The position numbers were made by a program, and so were the translations under genes. Shown piece after piece: positions 17,701 to 26,493 of a stretch of DNA of 33,379 bases; position 1 is the stretch's first letter; each line of letters begins with the position of its first letter. This DNA comes from a virus. Taxonomy: Duplodnaviria; Caudoviricetes. The stretch is from positions 1 to 33,379 of IMG/VR virus record IMGVR_UViG_3300008255_001900; one strand, 5' to 3'. The notes under the pieces were generated by a model. It was given only the letters and a program-made list of their open reading frames with translations. It was not told the origin of the DNA and searched no databases.

Positions 17701-18790
17701 GTTCTACTCAACAGAGAGCATAGAACTTGCACCGTTCTGGGAGAAGTACTATAAGCTAAAAGCAGTACAGGAAAAATATGATGTTATTAGATATGAAGAT
17801 AAGGCTAAGGCGAATGACTACTTGAACGAAAATGAGGAAGCCATAAATGAACTTAATTTGATGAAGGCATATCTAAAAGCAAACTACGATCAGGAAGAGG
17901 TAGGAGAAGCACCAACATCATTAAAAGAATACTTGGCAAGAGCAAAGACTGAACCACGATATGAGCAGTCAGAAGATGCACCTAAGACAAAAGTAGATGA
18001 AGCTAGATTATTTATACAGTCGGGTATTACAAATCCTATAGATACATATAACGCCATCAAATCAGGTCAGCCAATACGAAAGATGAGAGGGGATGCAACA
18101 ATACTCGAAAGACAACTAGGAGCAACAGATAAAGATACAAGTACTCAAAAAGACCATAGAATACCACTATGGGCAGGAGGAACGAATGATGATAAGAACA
18201 CCTATTATTTATCAAATGAAGCTCATACTGCAAAGACAGCTTTTGAGACACCTTTGAGAAAACAGCTTGAGAATGGTGAGATAAGTAAATCTAAGGTTCA
18301 AAGTTTGATAATACAATGGCATAAAGACAATAATATTCAATCTATTGCACCTCCCATAAAGAAACCTACTATTACTGTAGCGGGTGAAAAGACATCAGAT
18401 AAAACTATAGAACTTCTTGATATAACAAATCCTACTCTCACAGGTAACAAAGAGCTTGATAAAAAACTGGTATCTAAGTTTAATGGATCTATAACAACTC
18501 AAACTAATAAGATCGTAAAGCTATATGAGATGGGTAAAATTACCAAAGATGAAGCGGAAAAAGAGTTGCAAAAACTTATTGACCTAAAAGCAAAAGTCAA
18601 GAAGTCTACGGGTGGTACTACAAAAAAAGCCAAAAAGCCTAAGAAGCCAAAAAAGATTACTTTTGCAAAGATAAGCGCTAAGAGAGCCCCACGCATAAAA
18701 TTGTCTTTTGGAAAACTACCTACATTAAATCTTAAAAGAAAGCGTTTGACACTCTCAAAGAAAAAGAGTACGATGAGGATTAAAGTATAG
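14798..18790 (+). CDS. Large internal virion (polyvalent-type) protein with C-terminal HNH-like motif
   Basis: 1330 aa, G/A-rich N-terminus, NYVPH, LPD38-like LLIPVGGG..GVPF segment, DHRIPLWAGGTN...N...H, Lys-rich tail. Confidence 0.75.
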   Translation: MAISFIDRVKQFLSGTPQTLSDIGASIKRNTLDKKAPSGITYGQAINRAIRAPIPVLSGTNYQKVTQKALGNNIPSAMIGAAGEMAGGAIGSFTQNLPQAINQARKGNYLQAGTQAGVGGLKAVGAVSPAVYAYRMFPGVYGAINAKAKGQNVSQGAAEGIRNFSTPSTALQNIPRVGKYVAPGTKGGNVVDTAELLAGLFLNKGVDDMAIRGIRGLTKRANALGLAKVSPNAYKVHPEGYGKNVVELRVKKSDLSINDEFPGGEKHYTLNTKVADKAVKTRSQLKAEWDNTQAPQVTQKQPTLKIKQALTPEQIAAKKKLPPIMLTTSKTEAEGQKIKIGKAGSQIEIPVSNQPRTMKVSGSKKASSPVLKLTKNVSYDNSIPKTFNESYSKYIADRDIAQVTATQKAKVLTDIPNEKAQDVINFREGVTTYATPEVKAWASKMNQVYDTLYKDISTKAKSVGVDVGYIKNYVPHYWKQSAEEVQQAFLSAKKKPSQVKGRIIPTYKEGIGLGLTPKFKHPAQMLEQYVRDMERFGAGIDLIKGLKQQGEIITTPRQGYGRIDAPGLGNNLYAPLNISKEVSRLFSPESQTGLGDILSKTAKFSSGLQDITLSGGVPGTPLNAFTIAQMQKELIAGNIVSPFKAVIDSLSIKRTQKFFDTNAPQVKKMLARNVPVRSGYGVDEMIDQSTAKRIFGDGIGNVWGKLINEPTFKRFMPMLQINLFNQVEAGAIKSGIGEKQAADLAAETVRKFYGLTKTDVSAKRSVIGKDLTTSLFFAPHYRESMINMWIETAKAMKNPLALENRMNVRFAIGAVATYMTMNAINEQLNGHGMNENPESKKDKLLIPVGGGQTIGVPFLSSIATIPRMAFEMGRQALQGDISGVSTEGRKALSMAIKPLTDVMANSDYFERNIVEDTDTPSEKLKKQGEYLLKSYVGHPYLRELIELYTKPEKPVYQRLSNAMELPLRFYSTESIELAPFWEKYYKLKAVQEKYDVIRYEDKAKANDYLNENEEAINELNLMKAYLKANYDQEEVGEAPTSLKEYLARAKTEPRYEQSEDAPKTKVDEARLFIQSGITNPIDTYNAIKSGQPIRKMRGDATILERQLGATDKDTSTQKDHRIPLWAGGTNDDKNTYYLSNEAHTAKTAFETPLRKQLENGEISKSKVQSLIIQWHKDNNIQSIAPPIKKPTITVAGEKTSDKTIELLDITNPTLTGNKELDKKLVSKFNGSITTQTNKIVKLYEMGKITKDEAEKELQKLIDLKAKVKKSTGGTTKKAKKPKKPKKITFAKISAKRAPRIKLSFGKLPTLNLKRKRLTLSKKKSTMRIKV
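18746..18774 (+). promoter_or_regulatory. sigma70 promoter within 3' end of large gene
   Basis: TTGACA-17 bp-TACGAT. Confidence 0.6.
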
Positions 18791-18816
18791 TCTGTGGCAA
18801 TACAAGTGATTGCTAA

Positions 18817-18861
18817 GACCGATGACTTAACTAATACTAGTTTGGTTATCGGTCCTTTTTT
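18817..18861 (+). terminator. Intrinsic terminator before tail genes
   Basis: GACCGATGACT/GGTTATCGGTC plus AACTA/TAGTT stem, then CTTTTTT. Confidence 0.78.
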
Positions 18862-18879
18862 ATGAGTTAAAAAGAAAAC

Positions 18880-19572
18880 ATGGCAGTAGACCCAATGACT
18901 GAGGCGGATATTATAGATCAAGTCTATAGTTTTTATGAAGGTGATAGTACAACGTGGAGCGCGACTTCGGCAGAGTATTTAACCGCACGCAATTATTGTA
19001 AGGCAGGTATAATCCGTTGGGAGTACCTAGAGGGTATTCAATGGCCTGAACTATACACAAAACTATCCTCGGCAAGCGATGGCACAAAGACAACAACAAG
19101 TGGGACAACAGCGTACTCATGTCCTACTGATATGCGTATTCCACCTCGTGCGGGTCAATATGTTCGTATAGTCTCCAATAGTACCTCAACTGAATATAAG
19201 ATTGTACCACTTACTAAAGTAGAACAACTAGACGACTCGGACGGATACTGGTGTTACTTTACGGGCAACGCTAAACTTGGCTTTACTCTAAACTTAAATC
19301 CGAATCTAAACTACAATACGGGGGACACCATAAAATATGAGTATTACCGTAACGCGACATATTTTACCGCTATAACAAGCACAACTGAAATGTCAAACCC
19401 TTTCTTTCTCGTCCATTATTGTTTGCACAGGTTCTATAAAAATGACGGGTTACTAGCTGAAAGCAAAGAGGAGCTAGAGGTAGCAGAAAACTTACTACAA
19501 GAAATGAAACTGGACGCTACAAATGTGGACACCTCAGACGAGGTGGCGGGAAATTATGGGTTTGGAACTTAG
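18880..19572 (+). CDS. Head-tail adaptor / tail tubular protein A-like
   Basis: About 230 aa, W...Y and IKYEYYR pattern, position before the nozzle-type gene. Confidence 0.7.
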   Translation: MAVDPMTEADIIDQVYSFYEGDSTTWSATSAEYLTARNYCKAGIIRWEYLEGIQWPELYTKLSSASDGTKTTTSGTTAYSCPTDMRIPPRAGQYVRIVSNSTSTEYKIVPLTKVEQLDDSDGYWCYFTGNAKLGFTLNLNPNLNYNTGDTIKYEYYRNATYFTAITSTTEMSNPFFLVHYCLHRFYKNDGLLAESKEELEVAENLLQEMKLDATNVDTSDEVAGNYGFGT

Positions 19573-20105
19573 TGCTTATGATCAAGACTTGCGAATATTG
19601 TAAAGGAATATTTAGAATTAAACCCTCTAGAAAGGATAGAGCAAGATATTGCTCTAAAAAATGTAGGGGCTTATCTGGAAGTACCATTAAGAATCTAGGT
19701 ACTTATTCCCAAATTGGTCATAAAGAGAGTCCTGAGTTAAGACTTAAAAAGTCAATTGCAAGAAGAGGGGGAAAAAATCCTCAATGGAATAAAAAGGGGG
19801 AATTATCTACTAACTGGAAGGGTGGAATCTACCCATTAAATAAATTAGCTAGATGTACATCGGATTATCAAAATTGGATAAAAGAAGTTTTTAAGAGGGA
19901 CGATTATACCTGTCAGATTTGTGGAGCAAGAGGAAAGAAACTCAATTCTCATCATATAGTTAAGTTCGCTCAAAGGCCTACATTGAGAACAAATGTAAAT
20001 AACGGAATAACTTTATGCAACGAATGTCATTTTATGTTGGTTAATCGGAAAGAAGAAGAATGGAAAAGTTATTTTAATTTTAACTTATTAACGAGAGCAC
20101 TATGA
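19572..20105 (+). CDS. HNH homing endonuclease
   Basis: CEYC...YCSKKC, NWKGG, VFKRDDYTCQIC, SHHI, NGITLCNECH. Confidence 0.92.
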   Translation: MLMIKTCEYCKGIFRIKPSRKDRARYCSKKCRGLSGSTIKNLGTYSQIGHKESPELRLKKSIARRGGKNPQWNKKGELSTNWKGGIYPLNKLARCTSDYQNWIKEVFKRDDYTCQICGARGKKLNSHHIVKFAQRPTLRTNVNNGITLCNECHFMLVNRKEEEWKSYFNFNLLTRAL

Positions 20106-22072
20106 GAATGAAAGGAACGAGTACACAAAGGTCATCACAAACTAAGGTTGTAAGAGAAATAGACAACTTTAAGGGTGGCGTGAATAGACTACTTGAGGAG
20201 GCTCGTATTGGTATCAACGAAGCAAGAGAGGCTACAAACCTTATGCAAGTACAAGACGGACTATGGAAAACTCGTTGGGGGACTGAGTATTATGGCGCTT
20301 CTCATGCCGCGACTATTGACGGGGCAGCTGAATATGTGAAAAGCGACGCGACAACCGAACTTATAACTATAAGTAACGGAAGTGCGTGGAAGTCTACAGA
20401 CGGGGGCTCTCTAACACAAATAACAGGGGCAACGTTTACCGCGGGACTACAATGTTATTTTATTCAAATTGCCTCATTTCTTTACATAGCAAATGGAACA
20501 GACCCTCTTGCTCGCTATAATGGTACTTCTTGTTCAACCTATACCGCTATGAACGCGCCTACAGGTGCAGCTATAAGCGCGTCAGGTCTTTCGTCAGGTA
20601 TTTATAACTATTATGCTAAGGTAACAGCTGTCAATACCATAGGCGAGACGTTAGGGTCAACAGAGGCCTCACGTGCTGGTGGTATGAATAGAACACGTGA
20701 TCAATGGACTGCAAGCGATTATATGACTATTACATGGAATGCTGTCGCCTCCGCGACTGCGTATCAGGTGTATATATCAGATACGACAGGATATGAAGCA
20801 TTACTTGACTCGGTAACTGCCTCCTCTTACGTTGATAATGGGACAGTACAGATAAACCCATATATTGAACCACCTCTCTCTAATACGACCTCCGCGCCGA
20901 AGTTTAAGTCTATGGAAATATCAGGGAATAGAATATGGGCTACGAATGATAGCGATAATAGGTATATGGTATATTTTTCAGGAACAGGACAATTTATAGG
21001 TAACTTCTCAGATTTCTATGGTGGCGGGTGGATTAACCTTGAGAAAGGTGGACGTGAAACACCAAAAAAAGTTGTTCACTATCAGACAGGTACGGGGGCT
21101 GGACGCGCGACAGTATTATGTTCAACGCCAGAGGGTAGGGGTGCTGTATGGCAAATTGAGATAACAAGCGCGACAGTTGGCACTACGTCTTTTTCCGTGC
21201 CTTCCGCGATTAAAGTTGTAGGGAGTTTTGGCACAGATAGTCAGCTTTCAGTAACACCAGATAATAACAATATATGGTTTTTCAACCGTAGAGGTATGTT
21301 TACACTTGGCCCAGAAAAAAACTATTATGGCATTTTAAGAACAAACGAGCTATCAAGCAGAATTAGACCGTATATTCAAGGACTGGTAGGATCACAACTA
21401 TCAACCGTTTGTGCATATTTTTATGACGCAAAGGTGTTTTTCTCAGTACCAACCGCCTCAACGGGAAATAATAGAATTATTTACTATGATACTGAACGAT
21501 TAAACTGGGTAGTAGATTGGTCAATAGGCGCTAAACAATTTCTAGAGTCTACCGATTCAACGGGAGTAACCCACTTCCTATATGTTCCTTTAACTGGTAC
21601 AAAGTTGATAGAATTATCACCAAACTTTCAAGGTGATCTTGGCGTGGCATTTACTACTACCTACAGAAGTGGTCGCTGGTCTTTGCAAAAATACTGGAAA
21701 GACTTTCAAAAACTAAAGAAGGTATATATTAAACTGGGGAGTCCACGAGGCTCTATAAGTCTTGAAATTCTTGGAAGCGGTAAAAATACAGGGTTCACGT
21801 CATTGGGGTCCGCGACAATTACGCCACAATACTCAATGACAGGCATGGGATATGATGTTATGGGGGACGTGCTTATGGGTGATACTGGTGGCGTCCCGAC
21901 TACCTATTCAGATAGTTCAGACCCACGATATATAAATGTGAACAAAAAGATACGTGATATACAAATACGTCTCACAACTAACTCACTAGACGCGGATTAT
22001 ACATTACAAAGTTTTATTTTCGAGGGTCAGGCACTTACTGTGAATCCACCAAGTCGTTGGAAACTTAGCTAA
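20102..22072 (+). CDS. Tail nozzle / tubular protein B-like (head-closure/stabilisation)
   Basis: NFKGGVN N-terminal motif, beta-rich 656 aa, VYFS, LSSRIRPY. Confidence 0.78.
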   Translation: MRMKGTSTQRSSQTKVVREIDNFKGGVNRLLEEARIGINEAREATNLMQVQDGLWKTRWGTEYYGASHAATIDGAAEYVKSDATTELITISNGSAWKSTDGGSLTQITGATFTAGLQCYFIQIASFLYIANGTDPLARYNGTSCSTYTAMNAPTGAAISASGLSSGIYNYYAKVTAVNTIGETLGSTEASRAGGMNRTRDQWTASDYMTITWNAVASATAYQVYISDTTGYEALLDSVTASSYVDNGTVQINPYIEPPLSNTTSAPKFKSMEISGNRIWATNDSDNRYMVYFSGTGQFIGNFSDFYGGGWINLEKGGRETPKKVVHYQTGTGAGRATVLCSTPEGRGAVWQIEITSATVGTTSFSVPSAIKVVGSFGTDSQLSVTPDNNNIWFFNRRGMFTLGPEKNYYGILRTNELSSRIRPYIQGLVGSQLSTVCAYFYDAKVFFSVPTASTGNNRIIYYDTERLNWVVDWSIGAKQFLESTDSTGVTHFLYVPLTGTKLIELSPNFQGDLGVAFTTTYRSGRWSLQKYWKDFQKLKKVYIKLGSPRGSISLEILGSGKNTGFTSLGSATITPQYSMTGMGYDVMGDVLMGDTGGVPTTYSDSSDPRYINVNKKIRDIQIRLTTNSLDADYTLQSFIFEGQALTVNPPSRWKLS

Positions 22073-22077
22073 ATATT

Positions 22078-22713
22078 ATGAAAAGATTAACAGAAGCACA
22101 TAAACTAGCAATATCAAGAGGACATCTCGGAAAAAAGAAAGGCCCTTTATCTGATGAATGGAAAGCAAATTTGAGTAAATCACAAAAGGGAATTCCTAAG
22201 GGACCGTTTACAGAAGAACACAAGCGAAACATAGGGCTTGCGGGGATTGGTAGGGTGGTTACTCAAGAAACGAGGGAGAAAATAAGTACCACTAGTAAGG
22301 GTAGAAAGCTATCGTTAGAAACGAGAAAAAAACAGAGTACTTATAGAAAAGGAAGACGACCTTATAAGATAACAATTAAGACACGAAAGAGAATGAGTTT
22401 GAGTCATAGTGGAAATAAAAATATTAATTGGCAGGGAGGGATAAGTGAACTACATAAAACAGAGAGACAAATAGCTATGAATAAATATGAATACAGAATA
22501 TGGAGAGTTGCGGTTTTTATGAGAGATAACTACACGTGTGTGACTTGTGGCAAGGTTGGAGGGAACTTAAACGCAGACCATATAAAGCCATTCTCAACAC
22601 ATCCAAAATTACGTTTATCTATAGACAATGGTAGGACACTTTGTCAACCTTGTCATCAAATGACAGAAACTTACGGAGGAAGAATTAATAATTTATTTAT
22701 AAGAAAGGAATAA
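22078..22713 (+). CDS. HNH homing endonuclease with NUMOD3 repeats
   Basis: TEEHKRNI and ETREKIS repeats, RDNYTCVTC, ADHIKP, NGRTLCQPCH. Confidence 0.93.
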   Translation: MKRLTEAHKLAISRGHLGKKKGPLSDEWKANLSKSQKGIPKGPFTEEHKRNIGLAGIGRVVTQETREKISTTSKGRKLSLETRKKQSTYRKGRRPYKITIKTRKRMSLSHSGNKNINWQGGISELHKTERQIAMNKYEYRIWRVAVFMRDNYTCVTCGKVGGNLNADHIKPFSTHPKLRLSIDNGRTLCQPCHQMTETYGGRINNLFIRKE

Positions 22714-22714
22714 A

Positions 22715-23635
22715 ATGACAGCTTTGAATACAGACCTTTTGAAAAAATATAAGAGTCTTTTCTCAACAACGTTATCAACAGGTATAGGAACGGGCACAAG
22801 CGATACTATAACCCCGTCAACGGTATCAGGGTTACCAACCACGACCGCGATTACACTAACTTTTGATCGAGTTGATAGTGGAGGGACAGCTACACCAACA
22901 ACGCTAGAGCGTATTACAGGTGTTATATCGGGAGGCAATTTTACCTCTTATGTGCGTGCTAAAGACAATACCACTGAACAGGCACACACGGGAGGGGCAG
23001 TCATTGAAATGGTATGGAATGCGCAGGACTGGAACGATATGATTGATTGGGGGCTAACGGAACATAAACAAGACGGTACACATAGTGATATAACAGCCTC
23101 TAGCATTACGCTTGGTGCAACTGCTCAGGTTGTATCTATTCTTGACGAGGACACCATGAGCAGTAATAGCGCAACGGCGCTCTCTACACAGCAGTCAACA
23201 AAGGCGTATGTTGATGCCTCAAGTGACCTTACCGCAGCTCCCGCAAGTGACCACTCTGTCAATGGCATAACCATAACACTGACCGCAGGGGCAAACCTTG
23301 CTTTTGGTGATGTTGGATATATTGCCTTAACTGGTAAAGTAGCCCTTATTGACGCTGATGCTATTACTTCTATGTCGGCAGTCGTTATGTGTGCCGATGC
23401 CTCAATTTTGGCTGATGCTTCAGGTAGTTTTCTCGTTTTTGGTATAGCACGAGATGATACATGGGCGTGGACAGTAGGTGGTCTTATATATGGCACGGTA
23501 ACAGGAACTACAGGCAATACACTTTCACAAACTGCGCCAATTGGAACGGATGACGTGGTACAGATTATAGGCGTTGCAACTCACGCAAATCGTATGTTAT
23601 TTAGACCATCGCTAATACAAACTGAATTAGTCTAA
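22715..23635 (+). CDS. Tail fibre / spike-type structural protein
   Basis: T/S/G-rich, EHKQDGTH and ILDEDTMSSNSATALSTQQS motifs, C-terminal beta domain. Confidence 0.7.
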   Translation: MTALNTDLLKKYKSLFSTTLSTGIGTGTSDTITPSTVSGLPTTTAITLTFDRVDSGGTATPTTLERITGVISGGNFTSYVRAKDNTTEQAHTGGAVIEMVWNAQDWNDMIDWGLTEHKQDGTHSDITASSITLGATAQVVSILDEDTMSSNSATALSTQQSTKAYVDASSDLTAAPASDHSVNGITITLTAGANLAFGDVGYIALTGKVALIDADAITSMSAVVMCADASILADASGSFLVFGIARDDTWAWTVGGLIYGTVTGTTGNTLSQTAPIGTDDVVQIIGVATHANRMLFRPSLIQTELV

Positions 23636-23636
23636 T

Positions 23637-24410
23637 ATGGCAGTCGCAATTAAAAAAATAACAAGAATTGCTCGATCTGCTCACCAAATAGCAGATGATC
23701 CATTGATGAGTGATGCAAATTTACAGGGATACTGGAAATTAGAGAATGTGAATGATAGTTCGTCAAATGGATATAATCTTACCAATAATGGGACTGTTAC
23801 TTTTCCAGTAGGTAGGTTTAATAATGGAGCTAATTTTGTAGCGGCTTCTTCACAATATCTCAATATAGCAGATGCTTCAGCAGCGAATCTTGAAATTACA
23901 GGGTCAAGGACTGTTTCATTTTGGTTCAAACCTGTTGATAAAACAGGAACTTATACGGTATTTGCACATGATGATACAACTAATGGTTGGATTATTTATC
24001 AAAATTCATGGAACTATCAGTTTCTTATTAGAGGATTAACAATAAATACTTATATCAATTCATCTCCTTCTGATGGGGCACCTGGTACTGTTGTTGTAGG
24101 ACAATGGCAACATGTAGTTGGTGTTTATGATTCTGCAAATAGTAAATTAAAAATATGGTTTAATGGATTAAAGACAGAATTAACCGCTAGTGGTTCTTCT
24201 ACTAATAGTGCAGCAGATTTTTCTATAGGAGCGAGAGATAAAGGAGCGACAGTAGACTTATATGCAAGTGGAATGATTGATGATTTAGCTATTTGGAATA
24301 GAGCCTTGACTGACATAGAATTATCCCGCCTCTATAATGGGAATATAAAAAAAATTGGAGGGAAAACTATGGCACAAGTTAAAAAATTCATGGGCGTTAG
24401 TAATGCATAA
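23637..24410 (+). CDS. LamG/concanavalin A-like lectin domain protein (receptor binding candidate)
   Basis: GYWKLE, TVSFWFKP, WQHVVGVYD, GMIDDLAIWNRALT. Confidence 0.9.
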   Translation: MAVAIKKITRIARSAHQIADDPLMSDANLQGYWKLENVNDSSSNGYNLTNNGTVTFPVGRFNNGANFVAASSQYLNIADASAANLEITGSRTVSFWFKPVDKTGTYTVFAHDDTTNGWIIYQNSWNYQFLIRGLTINTYINSSPSDGAPGTVVVGQWQHVVGVYDSANSKLKIWFNGLKTELTASGSSTNSAADFSIGARDKGATVDLYASGMIDDLAIWNRALTDIELSRLYNGNIKKIGGKTMAQVKKFMGVSNA

Positions 24411-24417
24411 ATAAACT

Positions 24418-25404
24418 ATGAAAACATTAAATGAATTTGCCATATGGGCTATTGGTAAAAAGCTAGACTACGATTTTTGGTACGGAGCACAGTGTGTCGA
24501 TTTAGTACAATTTTATAATCGTGATGTGATTGGTGGCACTTTTTTAAGTGGTACTTCTGCTAAAGATATATGGAATACCTACCCAACTAATTTTTATATA
24601 AGGGTTGCAAATTCACCAACAGGAATACCTCCCGAGGGTGCAATCGTAATATGGGGAACAGAATACGGTTCTGATGGACATATTGCTATTCGTGTAGGAA
24701 ATGCAGATACAAAGACATTTAGCGCACTTTCTCAGAATGATCCCATTGGGCGTGAAACACATATTAAAACATATACCTATGCAGGCGTATTAGGTTGGCT
24801 AGTTCCAAGAGGAACGTTTGTTATACCTACAACCCCCACAACTGACAGGCGACCATACTGGTTCGACCGAATGAACTCTGTTACCTTTATGCAACCGCGT
24901 GAGACGTTGACAGACGAGATTATAGAAAAGTTTGTTGCCGAGTATCCCTCACAATTGCTTCGCTCAGGCTTGTGGGATAAGCTTTGTAAAAAGGCAGGGA
25001 TAGAGGGGGACACTAATAGCGTTACCGTAACAGCTCTCTACAACGCTATAGCAACGCCGTTGAATGACACTATTACCTCTCAAGGTCGAGTAATAGAGAC
25101 AAAGAGCCAAGAACTACAGGAAAAGACAGATGAGTTGTTAAAGCTGAGAGACGAGCTTAAGCAGACAAGTGATACCCTTGCGAAAAAAACTGAGGAGGTA
25201 GAACAGAAAGAGCTGTTGCGCCAAAAGTGGTATACAGAATTTATGGCTATGAGTAAATTATACCAAGAAGCTAAAACAGAGCTTACCAACGCCACTATCG
25301 CATGTACCCAAAAGATAAACGCGCTAAAGACGTTGGATAAAATCCCCTTACGTGATATATTTGATGAAATAGTAAGAAGAATAAAAAAGGGGGTAAACTT
25401 CTAA
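24418..25404 (+). CDS. Endolysin, CHAP domain with C-terminal coiled coil
   Basis: YGAQCVDL (Cys), DGHIAI (His), LSQN, LGWL. Confidence 0.9.
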   Translation: MKTLNEFAIWAIGKKLDYDFWYGAQCVDLVQFYNRDVIGGTFLSGTSAKDIWNTYPTNFYIRVANSPTGIPPEGAIVIWGTEYGSDGHIAIRVGNADTKTFSALSQNDPIGRETHIKTYTYAGVLGWLVPRGTFVIPTTPTTDRRPYWFDRMNSVTFMQPRETLTDEIIEKFVAEYPSQLLRSGLWDKLCKKAGIEGDTNSVTVTALYNAIATPLNDTITSQGRVIETKSQELQEKTDELLKLRDELKQTSDTLAKKTEEVEQKELLRQKWYTEFMAMSKLYQEAKTELTNATIACTQKINALKTLDKIPLRDIFDEIVRRIKKGVNF

Positions 25405-25423
25405 ATACATATTTAATACTCAT

Positions 25424-25744
25424 ATGTCTAAAAACAAAAGGAATAATAAGTTCGATACTACAGACCATTTTTGGGGCAATTTTGTACGTACGAACCTGCT
25501 CCAATTGTTTACGTTATCTGTTGGGGCTATTATGGCTTTCGCTCTACTTTATTTTACTTCTATCGTTACTCCTCTTGTCATAAATATTTCTAAGATAGAA
25601 AACAAAACAGAAGTTTTAGCAAAAGAGGTTGATAAAAATACACAAGCTCGTGAACAGATGATTATTATTTCCACAAACGTAGAAAATATCATGATAGATA
25701 TTCGAGATATACAAAAAGACATTAAAAGTTTATTGATAAAATGA
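25424..25744 (+). CDS. Single-TM membrane protein with coiled coil (lysis module)
   Basis: Hydrophobic stretch LFTLSVGAIMAFALLYF followed by a heptad tail. Confidence 0.7.
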   Translation: MSKNKRNNKFDTTDHFWGNFVRTNLLQLFTLSVGAIMAFALLYFTSIVTPLVINISKIENKTEVLAKEVDKNTQAREQMIIISTNVENIMIDIRDIQKDIKSLLIK

Positions 25745-25950
25745 AACAATCAAAAAGATTTAGCTTGTCAAAGCAAGATTTGACAGCGTGGGGTAAAAAT
25801 TTACTCATGTTTACTTCACCTGCTTTAGTCGTCTTGTTCACCTTACTAGGAAATGGTGTGCCATTCCAAAAGGCGTATCCCGTAGCACTTCTAGCATTGT
25901 ATGGTGCAATTGCTGACTTGATTAAAAAGTGGAAAGCGGGTAAGAACTGA
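25741..25950 (+). CDS. Putative holin
   Basis: 69 aa, two hydrophobic helices, basic termini, near the endolysin. Confidence 0.7.
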   Translation: MKQSKRFSLSKQDLTAWGKNLLMFTSPALVVLFTLLGNGVPFQKAYPVALLALYGAIADLIKKWKAGKN

Positions 25951-26370
25951 ATGGAAGTAATGCAATTTCCCACAAAGGAGATTGTAGACATTTCTCTTGC
26001 TCTGACTGCTTTTGGTCTTTTACATTTTACCACTGCACAGCGTAAGTGGATAAAGGAACGAGATGACTACCAATGCCAATGTCCTGAGTGTACAGGACAT
26101 GGCGGATCACTCTATGTGCACCATATTGTTCCCGACACACTAGCTCGATATGAAGGGTTTGAAGCCGACTCACCGCTGAACGGGATAACCCTTTGTCAGT
26201 CACACCATGATAAAATACATAAAGTAGGGAATAAAGCCTTCGAGACAGAGCGTGGTATGGTCGTATGGGGTGCGTTCTGGTTGCAGGAGCTTGCGGGACG
26301 TGCGTTTGAGAACTCACGTTTAGCGTTTGCACAAGGTAAAAAGTTTCCACAAAAAAAAGCGAGCATATAA
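25951..26370 (+). CDS. HNH endonuclease
   Basis: ERDDYQCQCPEC, VHHIVP, NGITLCQSHH. Confidence 0.85.
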   Translation: MEVMQFPTKEIVDISLALTAFGLLHFTTAQRKWIKERDDYQCQCPECTGHGGSLYVHHIVPDTLARYEGFEADSPLNGITLCQSHHDKIHKVGNKAFETERGMVVWGAFWLQELAGRAFENSRLAFAQGKKFPQKKASI

Positions 26371-26415
26371 CTCGCCTACTTTTGCGAGATACCCTTCTTT
26401 GAGTACCTCGATACA

Positions 26416-26444
26416 ATTCTATATGAATATAATCGTAGTGTCAA
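26416..26444 (-). promoter_or_regulatory. sigma70 promoter firing antisense into HNH/lysis genes
   Basis: Minus strand TTGACA-17 bp-TAGAAT. Confidence 0.65.
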
Positions 26445-26458
26445 CAGATAAATAATAG

Positions 26459-26487
26459 TTGCTTTTTCTATATCAATCTGATACATT
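26459..26487 (+). promoter_or_regulatory. sigma70 promoter for a leaderless mRNA
   Basis: TTGCTT-17 bp-TACATT with extended -10 TG, GTG start 6 nt later. Confidence 0.6.
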
Positions 26488-26493
26488 GTTTAT

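Noticed and set aside
22715-24410. Diversity-generating retroelement targeting fibre or LamG
   Set aside because: No reverse transcriptase and no TR/VR pair with adenine-specific mismatches seen.
2794-26033. Many short antisense or nested ORFs (e.g. 4874-5242, 8928-9290, 15121-15501, 18499-18921, 23125-23517)
   Set aside because: Shadows of well-supported + strand genes.
26027-26416. 129-aa minus-strand ORF antisense to HNH
   Set aside because: Its ATG lies within the -10 box of the only promoter, and the sequence has no protein-like motif.
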